A DNA stretch of 64,000 nt from Podarcis pityusensis (taxonomy: Eukaryota). Below are positions 60,513-64,000 of this stretch, in pieces. The notes beneath the pieces are model-generated. The model did no database searches. It had not been told where the DNA came from and saw nothing but the letters and a program-made list of their open reading frames with translations. Each line of letters starts with the position of its first letter. Position 1 is the first letter of the stretch. Both the position numbers and the translations under genes were made by a program. The DNA lies in assembly GCA_964106645.2 (NCBI GenBank), contig OZ067045.1; one strand, given 5' to 3'.

Positions 60513-60989
60513 TCATGGCCACACCTTGTCTAGAGCCAAATAAGGAATGGCTCCAGTCAATGGGAAGCAGATTTGAGTGCAATGCATCAAGCAGTAGGAT
60601 TTTATCAGCCTACCCAGGTGTTTAGCTAGTTGGTGTGAGCTTTAGTCCATTTTAACTTTTTGAAAACCTTACTTTAGGAATGAGGAACCTGTAACCTTTC
60701 AGAGGTTCACGGACTCCAATTCCCATCAGCTTCAGTGGTTAGCATGACGAATGACCATGCGAGTTGAAGGTGGGAGTTGTAACTCAGCAACAAAAGAAGG
60801 GCCAAAGGTTCTCCATACTGACATAGATTCAGGAGAGTTAGAAGGGGGCTTGGAAGCTATCCAGTCCAACCATCCAGTCCATGGAAGAAACCAGAGCTAC
60901 AGAAGGCTGCCTGGCCTCTGGCTGGAGTCCTCTGGGATCCTGGCTTGCAACAGCGGTCTTGCAGTTGGAGCCTGAAAGGGTCTTCCCCT

Positions 60990-61130
60990 TACAATTTAGT
61001 AGATTAGAGTGTGGTACTGATAACACCAAGGTCTCAGGTTTGATTCCCATAAGGAGCAGTTGCATATTCCTGCATTGCAGGGGGTTGGACTAAGCAAACT
61101 TCAAGGTCTCTCCCAACTCTACAATTCTGC
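60990..61130 (+). mobile_element. tRNA-Ile-like SINE with CR1 family A tail
   Basis: TTAGAGTGTGGT.CTGATAACACCAAGGT..CAGGTT.GATTCCC, then ATTCCTGCATTGCAGGGGGTTGGACTA..CCAACTCTACAATTCT. Confidence 0.75.
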
Positions 61131-62633
61131 CTCTCAGCAGAACTCCAATGAACCAAGTCAGGAGTTTATAACACCAATAAAACCAAGAACTGCACACATA
61201 CACCAGAGGGGAAAGTTACATGTTTTGTTTTGTTTTTTAAAAAAACTTTTAAAAGCATTTGGGCTGAAAAGACTTTAGGTAACCGAATCCCCCTCCCCAA
61301 TGCCTTTTGCCTTTATTTTATCCATTTGACAAACACCGATTGATTTACCCCCTCTGCTTAAAGGCCTTCGAAGGCTCCTTGAATGTGTTGTTTGCTTTCT
61401 TCTATGCATGCTGGCTTTTATTGATGGTGCCAGCACGAATATGCACAGCTCCAGGGAGAGAAGGTTGGTTAATTACTGCTTTGACAAAGCCAGCAGAGAG
61501 AGCACAGCCCATTGTTGTGCATAGGTCAGCCCAGGAATAGAGAGCAGCCCTGCGCTGTGGGTGAAATTCTGGCACTGTTTATAGCAAAGCAACACTCTGG
61601 CCTGGTTCACGAGACTCCCTACCTCTCTCTCTTTTCTTTTCTTTTAAAAAAGGGAAAGAATTTGGGATAAAAATAAATATAATTAATGATTCCCGAACTG
61701 TGTGGTGTGCTCTGTGTGGTTGAAGGTGCTTTTTAAAAGCCATGCAGAATAAAACAGAGAGCACAGAAATCACAGGGGCTAGAAGCTTAGCTATTGGTTC
61801 ATACTTGCATGGGCACTGATCTTCCCCATCACTTGATTTTTATTGCACCCATTTCCTAAGAAGTGGAGAGTGACATATACTCTGTTCTTCTGTCCTGCCC
61901 TTTTGCTCACACACAACAAGCCTATGAGGTAGGTTCATCTGAAAGATGCTGACTGGCCCAAGCTCTGGAGGTCCAGTTTGTGAAATTTCCCTCCATTTGA
62001 AAAGGAGGAGGAGATGCATTTGCACAGAAGTGGCGCAAGAACTCCATGCTCAGAAGTGACAGCGCTTGCAGCAGGGGAGGCCCACAACCCTGGATCTCCA
62101 TAGGGGAAAGGCCCACTGCCCATCCAGGATGCCTTCCTGCTCCTCAGTGAGCTCTTTCTCTCTCACCCAGGCCAGGTGCGGATCAAGCCCACGCCTGACC
62201 AGCTCCCACAATGCCACAGTTCAGGTGCTCTTGGGACACTCGCCGTGCCAAAAATAATCGAGAAGGATCCGGCTGAAATGGGAACGGCTGCCACCTGATA
62301 CTTCCAGGTACAAAAGCACAGGCCGGTTGAGCCTGGAGTTATTTCACGACCTTCCACATTCTTCGCGTTGGGTGTCATTTGTTTGTGTTTCCTGCCCTTC
62401 TCACAGATGCTTCACTCGAGGGGGCAGCACCTGATCTCTGTGTCCAAAAAGTAGCTGCAGGCGCTTTTGTGCTCAAGCCCAGCTGGCATCCTGTGCCAAG
62501 GATTTCAATAGAGCAAGGTTTTAAGAAGCAAAGGAACAAAACAAAACAGCTGCTCTCGGAGCAGAGTCTCCTCTACACGTGAATTGTACAGAGCCACTGG
62601 TGGAGCAGCATCCATCATTTAAAGACAGGAGAC

Positions 62634-62765
62634 GTAGGAAGCTCCCTTGGACCCAAAAATCTATGTAGCCCAGGATTTCAGACAGGGGAGCTTCCCAGCT
62701 CACCAGGCACAGCTTAGAGCCTAGGACCTTCCGCATGCAGAGCAAGTGCCACTGAGATACAGGCT
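62634..62765 (-). mobile_element. Degenerate tRNA-Ala SINE, followed by a MITE (62765-62937)
   Basis: TAGGAAGCT..CCAGGATTTCAGACAGGG..GGACCTTCCGCATGCAGAGCA..CCACTGAG. Confidence 0.65.
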
Positions 62766-64000
62766 CACAGAACTACAATTCTCAGAGTGGTTTAAGCAAC
62801 TCCATGTCTCTTTCCAGGGAACTTTGGGAATGGGAACGGGGCCTCCTAACAACTCTCAGCATCTGTAACTACGACTCCCAGGATTTTCTGGAGAAAGTGA
62901 CATCATAGTTCTTTAAATGTATGTTGTAAATGTGGCCTCTATTTAAAAACCTTCCCCCCCAACTTCCACATTTAAAACAATTCAAACTAAGGGTGCTTAA
63001 AGATGGTTGTGTATTGCAAGACAGGAGTTCCTAATGCATGTCGGGGTTTGGGGTTTGGGGTAATACAGAGCTCACAAGATGCCACTGGCATCCAGACACA
63101 AATGGACTTTCCTTCCATTTAATCCATTTCTGGGGTAAATCCAGTAAGTCCTTTATTTATTTTTTTGTTACCAATAGGCCCAGCTGAGTACACATTTACC
63201 AGCTTAAAATGCAGCTGAATTTCTCTTCTGCTCAATTCAGATCGAAGCTGGTTTGTGGGGAAACACAGTGTTTCCAAAGAACAACACAATAGATTTGGAT
63301 TGTGGCTGATGACATGCTGCTTCCCAAACCAGCAGTGGGAGCACACTGGATGCAGAGTAAATAGCAGTGTGTAGTCACAGCCCCATATCTGAATGACCTG
63401 TTGCCAGCATTAAGTCCCCACCTGGAAGCCCCCAATCGCACTTTGAGTACATCTTCTAGGAAGTGGGGGCAAGGGGAGCAGAAGCTAAGTGGTGGACCTT
63501 TCCCCCAAATACTTGCCTATTTTAAATAAATAAATAAATAAATAAATAAGCAGAGTCACCAGCTACCTCTTTTTGCATCACCCCAAAATGCACTGTCCGT
63601 TCAATTAATTATGTCGTCTTCCTAGTGAGAAAAGGGATCAAAAAGCCATCTAGAACTATCAAGCACCCTAAGCCTGTAGAGAGAGCAACTTATGCAATTC
63701 ACAGGACAGAGAGAACAGGCAGGGTTCAAAAAAGGAGCATGGAGATCAAAGAGCTTCAGATGACTCAGGACAATGAGCCAGGCTTTGTGGGAGAGATAGG
63801 CAAAACCAAAACAAAACCACACATAGAAAGCCAAAACCCATAAAGCATCTGGGCAAGAGTCACCCTTCTCTAAAGCTCTACAACATATTCCGCCCCCCCC
63901 CCCCCAGTAAAAGCAGTTGGTGGGAAGCCACAAGTCTGTCCCTTTCAAAGAATTCAGAAAATAAGTTAGAAATGCCTTGTGTCTGATGTCATATATGATA

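Noticed and set aside
62171-62300. Possible terminal exon after CTCTTTCTCTCTCACCCAG
   Set aside because: No recognisable peptide in any frame and no supporting partner exons

Overview
This window is squamate (most likely lacertid lizard) non-coding DNA, intronic or intergenic. I could not recognise any host protein-coding exon. The only substantial ORF (24203-26467, minus strand) is the APE-RT ORF of a 5'-truncated Bov-B/RTE LINE, which is dead: frameshift, YADD->YAND, premature stop. A large share of the rest is transposon debris: two CR1 families, L2, L1, a Rex1-like tail, five tRNA-derived SINE types (Sauria SINE, Squam3/MIR-like, and tRNA-Ala, tRNA-Lys and tRNA-Ile heads on CR1 tails), hAT-type MITEs with 8-bp TSDs, Tigger/mariner-type MITEs with TA TSDs, and a solo LTR. 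Between these sit several TE-free blocks rich in homeodomain, MEIS and E-box motifs and locally in CpG; they resemble a developmental-gene enhancer landscape, which is inference only. There is also a 148-nt N gap. I found no evidence for a new gene system. The most unusual direct observations are short, locally templated insertions (32141-32237 copied from 32763-32869; 47597-47662 an inverted copy of 49196-49261). Repeat family names come from recall of consensus features, not from a database search. Boundaries of elements without TSDs are approximate.
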